Shown here piece after piece: positions 37,845-47,126 of a stretch of DNA of 64,000 bases (position 1 is its first letter; each line of letters starts with the position of its first letter). Under the pieces are notes generated by a model. That model was not told where the DNA came from. It worked only from the letters and a program-made list of their open reading frames with translations, and ran no database searches. The DNA comes from Chthoniobacteraceae bacterium (GTDB lineage Bacteria > Verrucomicrobiota > Verrucomicrobiia > Chthoniobacterales > Chthoniobacteraceae). The position numbers and the translations under genes were made by a program. The DNA is taken from assembly GCA_031409655.1 (NCBI GenBank), contig JANNXQ010000194.1, positions 15,192 to 79,191 on the forward strand, given 5' to 3'.

Positions 37845-38771
37845 CTACTCGGCCCGCTCCACAAAGAGCCGGCCCGCACGCCGCCGCGCGTGCGCACCGC
37901 CGGGCAGATTCACTTTCGCCCGCGCACCATCGAGCAGCGCCCGGACGCGCTCCACTTCTTCAAACCCGACATTCGGCACCGCCCGCGTGCGCAGCCAGGC
38001 GTGCAAGGTGCGGCGTTGCAGCGCGAGGGGCAGCGCCCGGAGCAGCGGCACGGCGAGTTCCGCATTGAGCGGCGGGAGCAACGCGTCGAGCGCATCGCTT
38101 TCGGCCCGCAGGATTTCCGCCGCCCGCCACACCGCGCCGCGCACTTCCCGGCCAAAGGCGCGTTCGAGTTCCGGGAGGATTTCGTGCCGGATGCGATTGC
38201 GGGTGTGGCGCGGGTTGGCGTTGGAAAGGTCCTCGTAATACGCGAGCCCATGGGCCGCGATGTAAGCGTCGATCTCGCTCCGCCAGACGCCGAGGAGCGG
38301 GCGAAAAATCTCCAACTCCACGCCCTCAATCGCGCGCTCGGAGTGCGCCGCCATTCCACCGAGTCCCGCCGAGCCCGAGCCGCGCAAGAGATTAAAAAGA
38401 AACGTCTCCACCTGATCGTCCGCATGGTGCGCCAGGAGCAGCCGCGGGCAGTGCTGCTCGGCTGCCGTGCGCGCAAAAAATGCGTAGCGCGCCTCCCGCG
38501 CCGCGGTCTCGATCGACTGCTTCCGCCGCTTCGCCCGCGCCGCCACATTCTCCCGCTTCACGACGAAAGGCAGCTTCCAGCGCTTTGCGAGCGCGCGCAC
38601 AAATTTCGCCTCCACCACGCTCTCCGCGCGCAAGCCGTGATCGAGATGGCAGACGATCAACTCCCGGTGGCCCTGCGCGACTAGCGCGTGGAGCAGCGCC
38701 ACGGAGTCACGCCCGCCGGAGACGCCGATGAGCGCGGGCTCGTCCGGGGCAGGGAGACCTACGAGCTGCAC
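37845..38771 (-). CDS. tilS: tRNA(Ile)-lysidine synthetase
   Basis: GVSGGRDS, DHGLR, AREARY, AHHADDQVET, RPLL, DLSN, RNRIR. Confidence 0.95.
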   Translation of the reverse strand: MQLVGLPAPDEPALIGVSGGRDSVALLHALVAQGHRELIVCHLDHGLRAESVVEAKFVRALAKRWKLPFVVKRENVAARAKRRKQSIETAAREARYAFFARTAAEQHCPRLLLAHHADDQVETFLFNLLRGSGSAGLGGMAAHSERAIEGVELEIFRPLLGVWRSEIDAYIAAHGLAYYEDLSNANPRHTRNRIRHEILPELERAFGREVRGAVWRAAEILRAESDALDALLPPLNAELAVPLLRALPLALQRRTLHAWLRTRAVPNVGFEEVERVRALLDGARAKVNLPGGAHARRRAGRLFVERAE

Positions 38772-38783
38772 GGGATGGCCCTG

Positions 38784-38877
38784 GTTCGATGTTCAGTGTT
38801 CGACGTTCGATGTTCGATGTTCCGAACCGAAATTGCGGAAACATCGAACGTCGAACATCGAACATCGAACATCGAAC
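38784..38877. repeat. Inverted heptamer array (GTTCGAT)x6 / (ATCGAAC)x5
   Basis: Two tandem heptamer arms in opposite orientation around a short spacer, between serS and tilS. Confidence 0.9.
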
Positions 38878-38901
38878 GAGCCTCCAGAAAGCGCGGGTCC
38901 G

Positions 38902-40173
38902 TCACCCGATCCGATCCATCCCGAAGGCCGCACGGAGCGGCTCTGGGATGAGCACGCTGCCATCCTCCTGCTGATAGGTCTCCAGCAGCGCCACGTAGAG
39001 CCGCGGCAGGGCGGTGCCCGAACCATTCAGGGTGTGGCAGAATTGATTTTTCCCGTCCTCGCCTTTGAAGCGCATCGCCATCCGGCGCGCTTGGAAGTCG
39101 CCGAAGTTTGAGCAGCTCGAGACTTCGAGATACGCATTCTGGCCGGGCGCCCAGACCTCGATGTCATAGGTCTTTGTCGCACCAAAGCCGAGGTCGCCGG
39201 TGCATAGCTCGATGACGCGATAGTGCAGCCCGAGGAGTTGCAGCACTTTCTCCGCATCGGCAGTCAGCGCGTCGAGTTCCGCGAAGCTGGTTTCCGGCGT
39301 CGTGATTTTCACGAGCTCCACTTTGTCGAACTGATGCGTGCGGATGAGCCCGCGCGTGCCGAGGCCGGCGGCGCCCGCTTCGCGCCGGAAGCACGGCGTG
39401 TAAGCGGTGTAGCGGATCGGGAGCTGCTCGAGCCGCAGGATTTCCTCGCGGTGCAAATTCGTCACCGGCACCTCGGCCGTCGGCACGAGGTAGAGATCGT
39501 CGTCTTTGCAGCGATACTGCTGCTCTTCAAATTTCGGGAGCTGCGTGGTGCCGACGAGCGACTCGGATTTCACGAGCAGTGGCGGGCTGACCTCGGCGTA
39601 GCCGTGTTCGCGGGTGTGCAGATCGAGGAGGAAATTGATGAGCGTCCGCAGGAGTCGCGCGCCGGCGCCGGTGTAGAGCGCAAAGGCGCTACCGGTGATC
39701 TTCGTCGCCCGCTCAAAGTCAAAGAGGCCGAGCTTTTCGCCCAGCTCGATGTGGCTCTTCGGCGCAAAGGTGAACGCCGGCTTTTCGCCCCAGGTCCGGA
39801 GCACTGGATTATCCTCCGCCGACGTGCCCACCGGGCAGCCCTCATGCGGCAGATTTGGCACATTGAGCAAGAGCGTGCGCTGGCCGGCCTCGAGCTGCCG
39901 CGCCGCATCTTCGAGCACCGCGAGCTGCTCGCCGAACGAACGCACCTCGGCCTCAATCGCCGCCGTGTCCTCGCCCTTGCCCTTTTTTGCCCCGATCTCC
40001 TTGCTGATGCGTTTGCGATCCGCCTGGAGCTGCTGAAACTGCGTCTCCGCCGCGCGCCGCTTCGTGTCACAGGCGAGGATTTCATCGACCGCCGACGCCA
40101 GCTTCGGGTCCCGTGTGGCGAGACGCTGTTTCACGAGGTCGGGATTTTCGCGGATGAGCCGGATGTCAAGCAT
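38902..40173 (-). CDS. serS: Serine--tRNA ligase
   Basis: [55 protein letters not shown]. Confidence 0.97.
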   Translation of the reverse strand: MLDIRLIRENPDLVKQRLATRDPKLASAVDEILACDTKRRAAETQFQQLQADRKRISKEIGAKKGKGEDTAAIEAEVRSFGEQLAVLEDAARQLEAGQRTLLLNVPNLPHEGCPVGTSAEDNPVLRTWGEKPAFTFAPKSHIELGEKLGLFDFERATKITGSAFALYTGAGARLLRTLINFLLDLHTREHGYAEVSPPLLVKSESLVGTTQLPKFEEQQYRCKDDDLYLVPTAEVPVTNLHREEILRLEQLPIRYTAYTPCFRREAGAAGLGTRGLIRTHQFDKVELVKITTPETSFAELDALTADAEKVLQLLGLHYRVIELCTGDLGFGATKTYDIEVWAPGQNAYLEVSSCSNFGDFQARRMAMRFKGEDGKNQFCHTLNGSGTALPRLYVALLETYQQEDGSVLIPEPLRAAFGMDRIG

Positions 40174-40313
40174 GGGGCGGGGAGACTAGTGGCCGGGCGC
40201 ACGCCGGGCAAGCAGAGCCATCAAGGCCGTCAATTTACCGACCAGCATACCCACCGCAGCGCTACCTATACCTCCCGTCATCCGCACCATCCAAGCCGAT
40301 CAAGATACATGGG

Positions 40314-41492
40314 TCACTTCACCACCTCGCTCTGCCGCAACGCGGCGCGGAATTGTTTGTAGAGCGCGTCGAGGCTGGGGCGGATTTGGTGGGTGCGTTG
40401 GGACCACTCCAGTTTCGGCTTGGCAGCCATCACGGCGGCGCTGTTGTTTGCCTGGCTCTTGAGTTCGGCGCGCTGGGATTCTTCGCGGGCAAATTGTGGC
40501 CAGCTCATCTTGTAGTTGCGCCGGGCTTCCAGCGCCTGGCTGGTCACGCCGGTGCGCGCCTGCGCCTCCACGGCGCGGAAACCGGCCCGCGCCAGCGTCC
40601 GGTCGCGTTCATCCAGCGCGGCGATCATCGTGTTGCAGAGTTGCTCGCCGATCTTGTAAGCCTCCGGGCTCGCCTTGGGTTTCTTCGCCGCCTCGTCCAG
40701 CAGGTCTTCGCGCAGGTAAGTCACATTCTGCCGGATGTCCGGCGGCACCCCCGCATCCAACGGCGCCAGCACTCACGCGCTCGCGTTCGGGGCCTGCTGC
40801 GAGAGGGTTTCGAGGAGGGGCTGGTTGGGATTAATAGGAACAGCGGACGGTGTTGACGGGTTCGCAGTGACCGACTGTTGCTGAGGCCCGATTTCCTTGA
40901 TGCGGACGTTGCGGAACTGGACCGCTCCTTTCCAATGGCATTGAAAACCAACGTAACCGCGGGTGTTGCCACTCCCCGCGAATGTATTTACCAATTGGTC
41001 GTTGAGTCGCACCGAGTATTCTTGGCCGACGACGGTTATTTCGAGGTCATTCCAATCACCAAGGCGCTGCGGAACACTCGAAGGATCCTTTTTTCCGTAA
41101 ATGGCGCCTGTCGGTCTATCGTCCGTCTGTTTCCCGTAGATCTGCACCTTGTAGCTACCGCGTTCGACAGCAACGGGATCGTTTTCCAACGCAGGAATGC
41201 GCAAGTATATGCCTGATTTCGATGGCGCTTCACCATGCTTGAATTCGAGTTTGAGAACGAAGTCTGCAAATTCTTTTTTTCCATACCAATAAACTGCAGC
41301 AGGTTTATCAGGAGCGTATGTAGTCGCAATGCCACCGCTAATGTTCATGCCGCCGTTGCCACATTGCTTCCAACCGTCAGTGTGTTCTCGATCCAACAAA
41401 GGAATGAACCCCGGCTCGACGGCACTCGAATCAGGGAGCAGCGCAGTGCAGCAAAGTGTGGCGAGGAGGAGATGGCGAACGATGGGTGTCAT
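40314..41492 (-). CDS. Exported DUF1080 (3-keto-disaccharide hydrolase-like) domain + shared C-terminal domain X; in-frame TGA at 40773-40775; frame is open upstream to ATG 41870
   Basis: Signal MTPIVRHLLLATLCC; GFIPLLD...GW, FADFVLKLEFK, SGIYLR, TGAIYG, GDWNDLEI, GYVGFQCH, VQFRNVRIKE; then NASA*VLAPLD...REDLLDE...SWPQFARE. Confidence 0.78.
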
Positions 41493-41609
41493 GGGAGTTG
41501 GTAGTAAGGTCGAGCGCGTAACGGAATTCACACTTCTGGCGATGGCCCTCAAAACGGTGGTCAGGCCAACACCAATCTTCGATCCCCATCCGCCCTTGCG
41601 CTGAATGCA

Positions 41610-41831
41610 AACGCCAACGGCGTTCCATCTTCCAGCCCAGGGTTGCGAGGCACGAGCTACCCTGGGTTCCCATCCGCGCGCGGGGCCAACTCTGAAGGAG
41701 TTGCAGCCAGCACGGCGTACTGTGGCAGATGAAACCCTTTCAGGGTTTGCCGGGTTTGTCGGAGGGCACCCAGGGTAGGCGCTCGTGCCTCGCGCCAACC
41801 CTGGGCTGATGGATGGAACGCCGTTGGCGTT
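41610..41831. repeat. 222-bp REPIN-like palindromic element, copy 1
   Basis: AACGCCAACGGCGTTCCATC..CAGCCCAGGGTTG ... CAACCCTGGGCTG..GATGGAACGCCGTTGGCGTT with nested inner hairpins (AACCCTTTCAGGGTT). Confidence 0.9.
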
Positions 41832-41893
41832 CACGGCCGGATCAACAATGGCAGACTGGAAGGAGTTCATGGGAATCGTTTGGCTTTGGGCGT

Positions 41894-43204
41894 TCACTTT
41901 GTCGGCGCGCCTTGCCGGAGGGCTTCGCGGAATTGGGCGTAGAGGGTGTCGAGGGTTTTGCGGAGGGTGGCGGTGCGCTGGGACCATTCGAGTTTGGGGC
42001 GTTCGGCCATCACGTTGGCGCCGGCGATTGCCTGGCTCTTGAGTTCGGCGCGCTGGGATTCTTCGCGGGCAAATTGCGGCCAACTCATCTTGTTGTTGCG
42101 CCGGGCTTCCAGCGCCTGGCTGGTCACGCCGGTGCGCGCCTGCGCCTCCACGGCGCGGAAGCCGGCGCGGGCGAGGGTTTGGTTGCGTTCTTCGAGGGCG
42201 GCCAGGACGGTCTGGCAGAGCTGGGCGGCGAGGGTGTAGGCGGCGGCGCTGGCCTTGGGTTGCTGTTTGCCTTCGTCCAGCAAGTCCTCGCGGAGGAAGG
42301 TCAGGTTCTGCCGGATGTCGCCCGGCACCGCCTGCTCCAGCGGAGCCAGCGTCCACTCGATGGCATTCGGCGCCTGGTCTTTGAGGACTTCGATGCGGGG
42401 TTGGTTGGGGTCGGTTTGGATGGTGGTTGGACCGGCAGTCGATAATGATGCAGCGGTGGTAGCAGTCGAACTCTGCGTAATTCGCTCCATACGTGTTCCG
42501 GTTATTCGTTCTTTGCTGTCCCAGCTTTTGGCACCCACGAAGGACGAAAATGTCTGATCAAATGTTAGGACCGTCTTGAGTTTCTTGTTCGCGAACTCTT
42601 CGAGAGTGACTTTGTTCGGCCCGGTGATTCGCGAAGCTGATGCGGCCGGCTCGCCATCCACCGTGATAACTGTGGCCATACCGTCGCTGAACCGGACTTC
42701 TTTCCACTTTGGCTTGTCGGGATTGCTCCATGACCATTTGTAGCCGAACAACGCCTCCTGCAAGGTCCGGGGATTCTGCGCGCAAGCCCGTTGCGTCGGA
42801 CCAATAATCGCGAAGAGCGCCAGGAAAATAAAGTGACGGATGACTGATCCCGAGTCGGCACCGCAAATGAAGCGAACGCCAACGGCGTTGCATCGACCAG
42901 CCCAGGGTTGCGAGGCACGAGCTACCCTGGGTTTCCGTTCATGAAAGGAATCAACCCTGAAAGGGTTGCAGCCAAGGCGCTCCGAGTTGGTTGATGAAAC
43001 CCTTTCAGGGTTTGCGGATGGTTTCGGAGCGGACCCAGGGTAGGCGCTCGTGCCTCGCGCCAACCCTGGGCTGGTCGATGGAACGCCGTTGGCGTTCGCT
43101 GCGCGTCTCGAACTCCCGTCGTTCGATGCGTTCCACGACTTCTCTTGGTCGGTTGCGTTGTCTGTATGCGCTGCGTTCTCAAAGGCGAATCGATACGGGT
43201 TCAT
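41894..43204 (-). CDS. Membrane-anchored/exported protein: REPIN-derived leader, hydrophobic segment, small beta-rich domain, shared C-terminal domain X
   Basis: 436-aa open frame; RHFIFLALFAIIG hydrophobic stretch; Thr/Ser linker; NAIEWTLAPLE...[16 protein letters not shown]...SWPQFARE...LYAQFR. Confidence 0.78.
   Translation of the reverse strand: MNPYRFAFENAAHTDNATDQEKSWNASNDGSSRRAANANGVPSTSPGLARGTSAYPGSAPKPSANPERVSSTNSERLGCNPFRVDSFHERKPRVARASQPWAGRCNAVGVRFICGADSGSVIRHFIFLALFAIIGPTQRACAQNPRTLQEALFGYKWSWSNPDKPKWKEVRFSDGMATVITVDGEPAASASRITGPNKVTLEEFANKKLKTVLTFDQTFSSFVGAKSWDSKERITGTRMERITQSSTATTAASLSTAGPTTIQTDPNQPRIEVLKDQAPNAIEWTLAPLEQAVPGDIRQNLTFLREDLLDEGKQQPKASAAAYTLAAQLCQTVLAALEERNQTLARAGFRAVEAQARTGVTSQALEARRNNKMSWPQFAREESQRAELKSQAIAGANVMAERPKLEWSQRTATLRKTLDTLYAQFREALRQGAPTK
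42875..43096. repeat. 222-bp REPIN-like palindromic element, copy 2
   Basis: Same arms and length as copy 1; terminal inverted repeat extends to 40 bp (42871-42910 / 43061-43100) with one mismatch. Confidence 0.9.
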
Positions 43205-43226
43205 AGAATGGTGTGGGTCGGAGTCC

Positions 43227-45095
43227 TTACTTTGATGCGGGATTTTGCCGCATTGCGGCGCGGAATTGGGCGTAGAGGTTGTCGAGGCCTTTGCTGAGCT
43301 GGCTGGTGCGCTGGGACCATTCGAGTTTCGGGCGTTCGGCCATGATGGCGGCGTTGTGGATGGCCTGGCTTTTGAGTTCGGCGCGCTGGGAAGTTTCGCG
43401 GGCGTATTGGGGCCAGCTCATCATGTAGTTGCGGCGGGCTTCGAGGGACTGGCTGGTGACGCCGGTGCGCGCCGCGGCCTTCACTCCGCGGAAGCCGGCG
43501 CGGGCTTGGGTCTGCGTGCGTTCGTCGAGGATGGCGAGGAGGTTTTGGCAGAGCTGCGCGCCGAGACGGTAGGCGTCGGCGCTGGCGGCGGGCTGACGCC
43601 GCGACTCATCGGCGAGGTCTTCGCGCAGGAAGGTGAGGTTTTGGCGGATGTCGGCGGGGACGCTCTGGTCGAGTGGGGCGAGGACCCAGGCGGTGATGTT
43701 CGGGATCTGTCGGGAGAAGGTGGGGAGCAGGCTCGGCGCGGGGGCGGGGGTCGCGGGTGGCAGGATTGAGGGCGGAGCTGGGGCCTGGACGACGGGCATC
43801 GGCGCAACAAGCGGCGGGATCGGAGTCGGGGTGGCAGCCGGTGGCGGAGCTACGGGAGGAGCAGAAGTTTGGGTGACGCCAGGATTCGGGGCAGCAAGCG
43901 GGAGGAGCGGTGTCTGGGCGCTGGCGATGGTAACGGGCGTGGGCTTTGGCTCTGGACGCGGTTCCGGGGAGGTAGGAGTTGGTTGCAACAGTGTGCCGCT
44001 CTCCGCTTCAAAGTCCGGCGGTTCAACCATGCTCTTTTTCAAGAGGACGCCACCTTCAAATACGACAAGGAGCACAACCGCGGTGACGACGACGGTGATA
44101 ACAATGGCAATGCTTGGCGAGAGGCGCGGCGCCAAGGACGGGGTGCCGAGCGGCCCACCTTCGCCCCCGGATGTTTGGGGCACGACGGAGCGTGTCCCTC
44201 CTGGCGGGGTGTTGCGGATGCGGTCCACATCGGTCTTCATCTCGCTGACGCGCTGGTAGCGGCGGGCGGGCTCCTGCTGGAGCGCGCGCACGACGACTTC
44301 GTCGATGCGGGCATCGACGGGCACTTTCTCCGAGGGCAGCGCGAAGATGCCCTGCGGGCGCTGGCCGGTGAGCATTTCGTAGAGCATGACTCCGAGGGCG
44401 TAGATGTCGGCGCGCTGGTCGGCTTCGCCGGTGCGCTGCTCGGGGGCCATGTAGTCGGGCGTGCCCATGACCATCGCGGTCTGGGTGAGGCCGCCGGTGT
44501 GGCCGTGTGCGGGGCGGGCGAGGCCGAAGTCGGCGAGCTTGGCGCGGCCGTCCTTGGTGAGGAGGATATTGGCGGGCTTGATGTCGCGGTGGATGACGCC
44601 CTGGCTGTGGGCAAAAGCTAGGGCGTCGCAGATCTGGCCGGTGATGGCGAGGGCTTGCTTCGGATTGAGGCCGGGGCCGTGCAGGACGCGGCTGAGGTCG
44701 GTGCCGGCGACGTATTCCATGACGAAGAAGAAGTGGCCTTCGCTGGTCTGGCCGAAGTCATAGACGGCGACGATGCCGGGATGCTGGAGCTGGGCGAGGG
44801 TGCGCGCTTCGCGTTGGAAGCGGGCGATGAAATCCTCGTCGGCGGCGATCTCGGCGGGGAGGAGCTTGATGGCGACGGGGCGATCGAGCGTGGACTGTCA
44901 GCCTTTGTACACCGCGCCCATGCCGCCGTGGCCGAGCAGGCTCTCAATCCGGTATTGCGGGAGCAACGCAGCGAGCACGTCGGGCGCGGGCGGCGTCCAG
45001 GCGGCGGCGCCGACGGAGGGCTGCGCGGTGTTCAAGGCGCGGGCGAGGAGTTCGCCGGGGTCGAGGCCGTGGAGTTCGGGATCAGGGTCGGGCAT
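43227..45095 (-). CDS. Membrane Ser/Thr (Hanks-type) protein kinase with extracytoplasmic domain X; in-frame TGA at 44898-44900
   Basis: [25 protein letters not shown]...RFQREA...HPGIV...[40 protein letters not shown] helix; Pro-rich linker; AWVLAPLD...domain X. Confidence 0.88.
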
Positions 45096-45174
45096 GGCGC
45101 GGATTTGTTTCACCCATTGCTAGGGAATCCGGAGGCGGAGGTTGCAATTGAGCGCACATTTTTTCCGCGCCGGC

Positions 45175-45903
45175 TCAGACGCAGCCGAGCAGTTCGGCGA
45201 GTTCGCCTTTGATTTCCTCGGGCGAATCGTCGGCGATCGTGGCGGAGACCTGCTCGAAGATGATCTCGCGCCACCGCTTGCGGAGGCGAAAGACGTCACT
45301 TTTCACCGTGCCGAGCGGACGAGCGAGCGTGGCGGCGACTTCCTCGTAGCGCCGCTCCGCATCGGGGCCGAAGCCGAGGAACGGGCGCAGCGCGGTGAAG
45401 GTGTCCGCTTTTCCCTGCGCGCCGTATTCCGCGCCGAGGAGCGTGAGCGCGTGATCGAGGATGGTGAGCGCCCAGCGCCGCTGGAAGAGACGATCTGGCG
45501 AGAGGTCGTCGCGCGGCTCGGCGGCATACCGCTGCTCGGCCTGCGCGGAATCGAAGCTCGTGAGCACGGCGGCACCGCGCTTTTGCGCCATGGCGCGATC
45601 ATGCTCGTCGCTGAGAAATCGGCGCGCGCAGGTGAGCAGGAAGGTGCGCAGTTTGCCCTTGCCGGCATCGGCCTTGGCGAGCGTCTGCTTTTCGAGTAGC
45701 CACGCGAAGAAGCCCTGCGTGAGATCTTCAGCATCGTGCGGCGCGCGGCCCGACCGCCGGATGTAGGCGTAGATCGGATACCAGTACGCTTCGCACAGCG
45801 CGGTGAGCGCGGTCATCGCCGCGGTGTCGTCGGCGCCGATGGCCCGCTGCACGAGGCTCCATCGCGTGGTCTGGAAGGAATGCGGAGCGGGAGGCGGGGG
45901 CAT
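45175..45903 (-). CDS. ECF RNA polymerase sigma factor (PVC kinase-associated type)
   Basis: FQTTRWSLV, LCEAYWYPIYAYIRR, DAEDLTQGFF, KGKLRTFLL, region-4 YEEVAATL..PLGTVKSDVFRLR. Confidence 0.92.
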   Translation of the reverse strand: MPPPPAPHSFQTTRWSLVQRAIGADDTAAMTALTALCEAYWYPIYAYIRRSGRAPHDAEDLTQGFFAWLLEKQTLAKADAGKGKLRTFLLTCARRFLSDEHDRAMAQKRGAAVLTSFDSAQAEQRYAAEPRDDLSPDRLFQRRWALTILDHALTLLGAEYGAQGKADTFTALRPFLGFGPDAERRYEEVAATLARPLGTVKSDVFRLRKRWREIIFEQVSATIADDSPEEIKGELAELLGCV

Positions 45904-46016
45904 TTGGGTAACGCGGGGAGTTCCGATGTACGCGAAGCGTGGGGAGTATGGATCGGGAAAGCGAGCCCCGGATTGGAGCTTGGAGTCTCCGCAGTCGGTT
46001 CGTGTAGGGTTGCTGG

Positions 46017-46991
46017 ATGCCGCAGCCTTCCACTTCCCGCCCGAAGATCGTCGTCCTCGATGGCTACACGCTGAACCCCGGGGATCTCGACTGGCGCGGG
46101 CTGGAGGCGATCGGCGAGGTCACGGTGCATGAGCGCACGCCGCTGGAGACCACGGTCGCGCGGGCGGCGGGGGCGGCCATCGTGCTGACGAACAAGGCGC
46201 CCGTGAATGCCGAGGCCATCGCAGCACTTCCCGACCTGCGCTACATCGGCGTGCTCGCGACGGGGTACAATGTCGTGGATGGCGCGGCGGCGAAGGCGCG
46301 CGGGATCGTGGTCGCCAATGTGCCGGGCTACGGCACGCCGGCCGTGGCGCAGCACGTCTTTGCACTCATCCTGGAGCTGGCGCAGCGGGCGGGGCATCAC
46401 GCGGAAACGGTGCGCGCCGGGCGCTGGGTGGCGAGTGCGGACTTTTGCTACTGGGACTTCCCGCTGGTGGAGCTGGCGGGACGGACGCTCGGGATCGTGG
46501 GCTTCGGGGCGATCGGCCAGGCCGTGGCGCGGATCGGGCTGGCCTTTGGGATGAAAGTGATCGCCAGCACCCGCACGCCGCGGACGGTGGAGGGCGTGGA
46601 ATTCATCTCGATGGACGAGGTCTTCCGCCGGGCCGATGTGGTGACTTTACACTGCCCGCTCACGCCGGAGACGCAGGGCCTCGTGAATGCCGCCCGGCTC
46701 GCGCAAATGAAGCCGGGGGCTTTCCTGATAAACACGGGCCGCGGCCCGCTCGTGGTCGAGTGCGATCTCGCGGCAGCGCTCGAGGCCGGGCGCATCGCGG
46801 GTGCCGGGCTGGACGTGCTTTCCGTCGAGCCGCCGCAGGCCGACAATCCGCTCCTGACGGCCAGGAATTGTCTCATCACCCCGCACATCGCCTGGGCCAT
46901 GCAGGCCGCGCGGGCGCGGCTCATGGAGATCGCGGTGGCGAATGTGCGGGCCTTCCTGGCAGGCACCCCGGTCCATGTGGTCAATGGGTGA
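46017..46991 (+). CDS. D-2-hydroxyacid (glycerate-type) dehydrogenase
   Basis: LDGYTLNPGDL, LATGYNVVD, GFGAIG, LHCPLT, INTGRG, LDVLSVEPP, TPHIAW. Confidence 0.93.
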   Translation: MPQPSTSRPKIVVLDGYTLNPGDLDWRGLEAIGEVTVHERTPLETTVARAAGAAIVLTNKAPVNAEAIAALPDLRYIGVLATGYNVVDGAAAKARGIVVANVPGYGTPAVAQHVFALILELAQRAGHHAETVRAGRWVASADFCYWDFPLVELAGRTLGIVGFGAIGQAVARIGLAFGMKVIASTRTPRTVEGVEFISMDEVFRRADVVTLHCPLTPETQGLVNAARLAQMKPGAFLINTGRGPLVVECDLAAALEAGRIAGAGLDVLSVEPPQADNPLLTARNCLITPHIAWAMQAARARLMEIAVANVRAFLAGTPVHVVNG

Positions 46992-47002
46992 CTTGGAGCC
47001 GG

Positions 47003-47018
47003 TGGCACGCGATTCGCT
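47003..47018 (+). promoter_or_regulatory. Candidate sigma-54 (-24/-12) promoter
   Basis: TGGCACGCGATTCGCT: GG-N10-GC spacing with a TGGCACG core, intergenic, about 110 nt before the 47127 start. Confidence 0.5.
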
Positions 47019-47126
47019 AGCCCCGCTGAAAAAATATCGGGCATTCGGCATCGTCGAGGCTACCTTGTGCTGCCAAATCAACAGCGCTGCCTCCCCAGCG
47101 GCAGCGCCAAACCAAAAACCCGGTCT

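Noticed and set aside
38784..38877. Repeat arrays as CRISPR
   Set aside because: 7-nt tandem units with no unique spacers, and no cas genes in the window
40314..43700. Repeated X domains as template/variable repeats of a diversity-generating retroelement
   Set aside because: No reverse transcriptase nearby, all copies are coding, and the differences I checked are not confined to adenines
40773..44900. Genome-wide TGA recoding (Trp or selenocysteine)
   Set aside because: TGA ends many conserved genes here (sucD, serS, htpG); the aligned residues are Trp or Arg, not Cys
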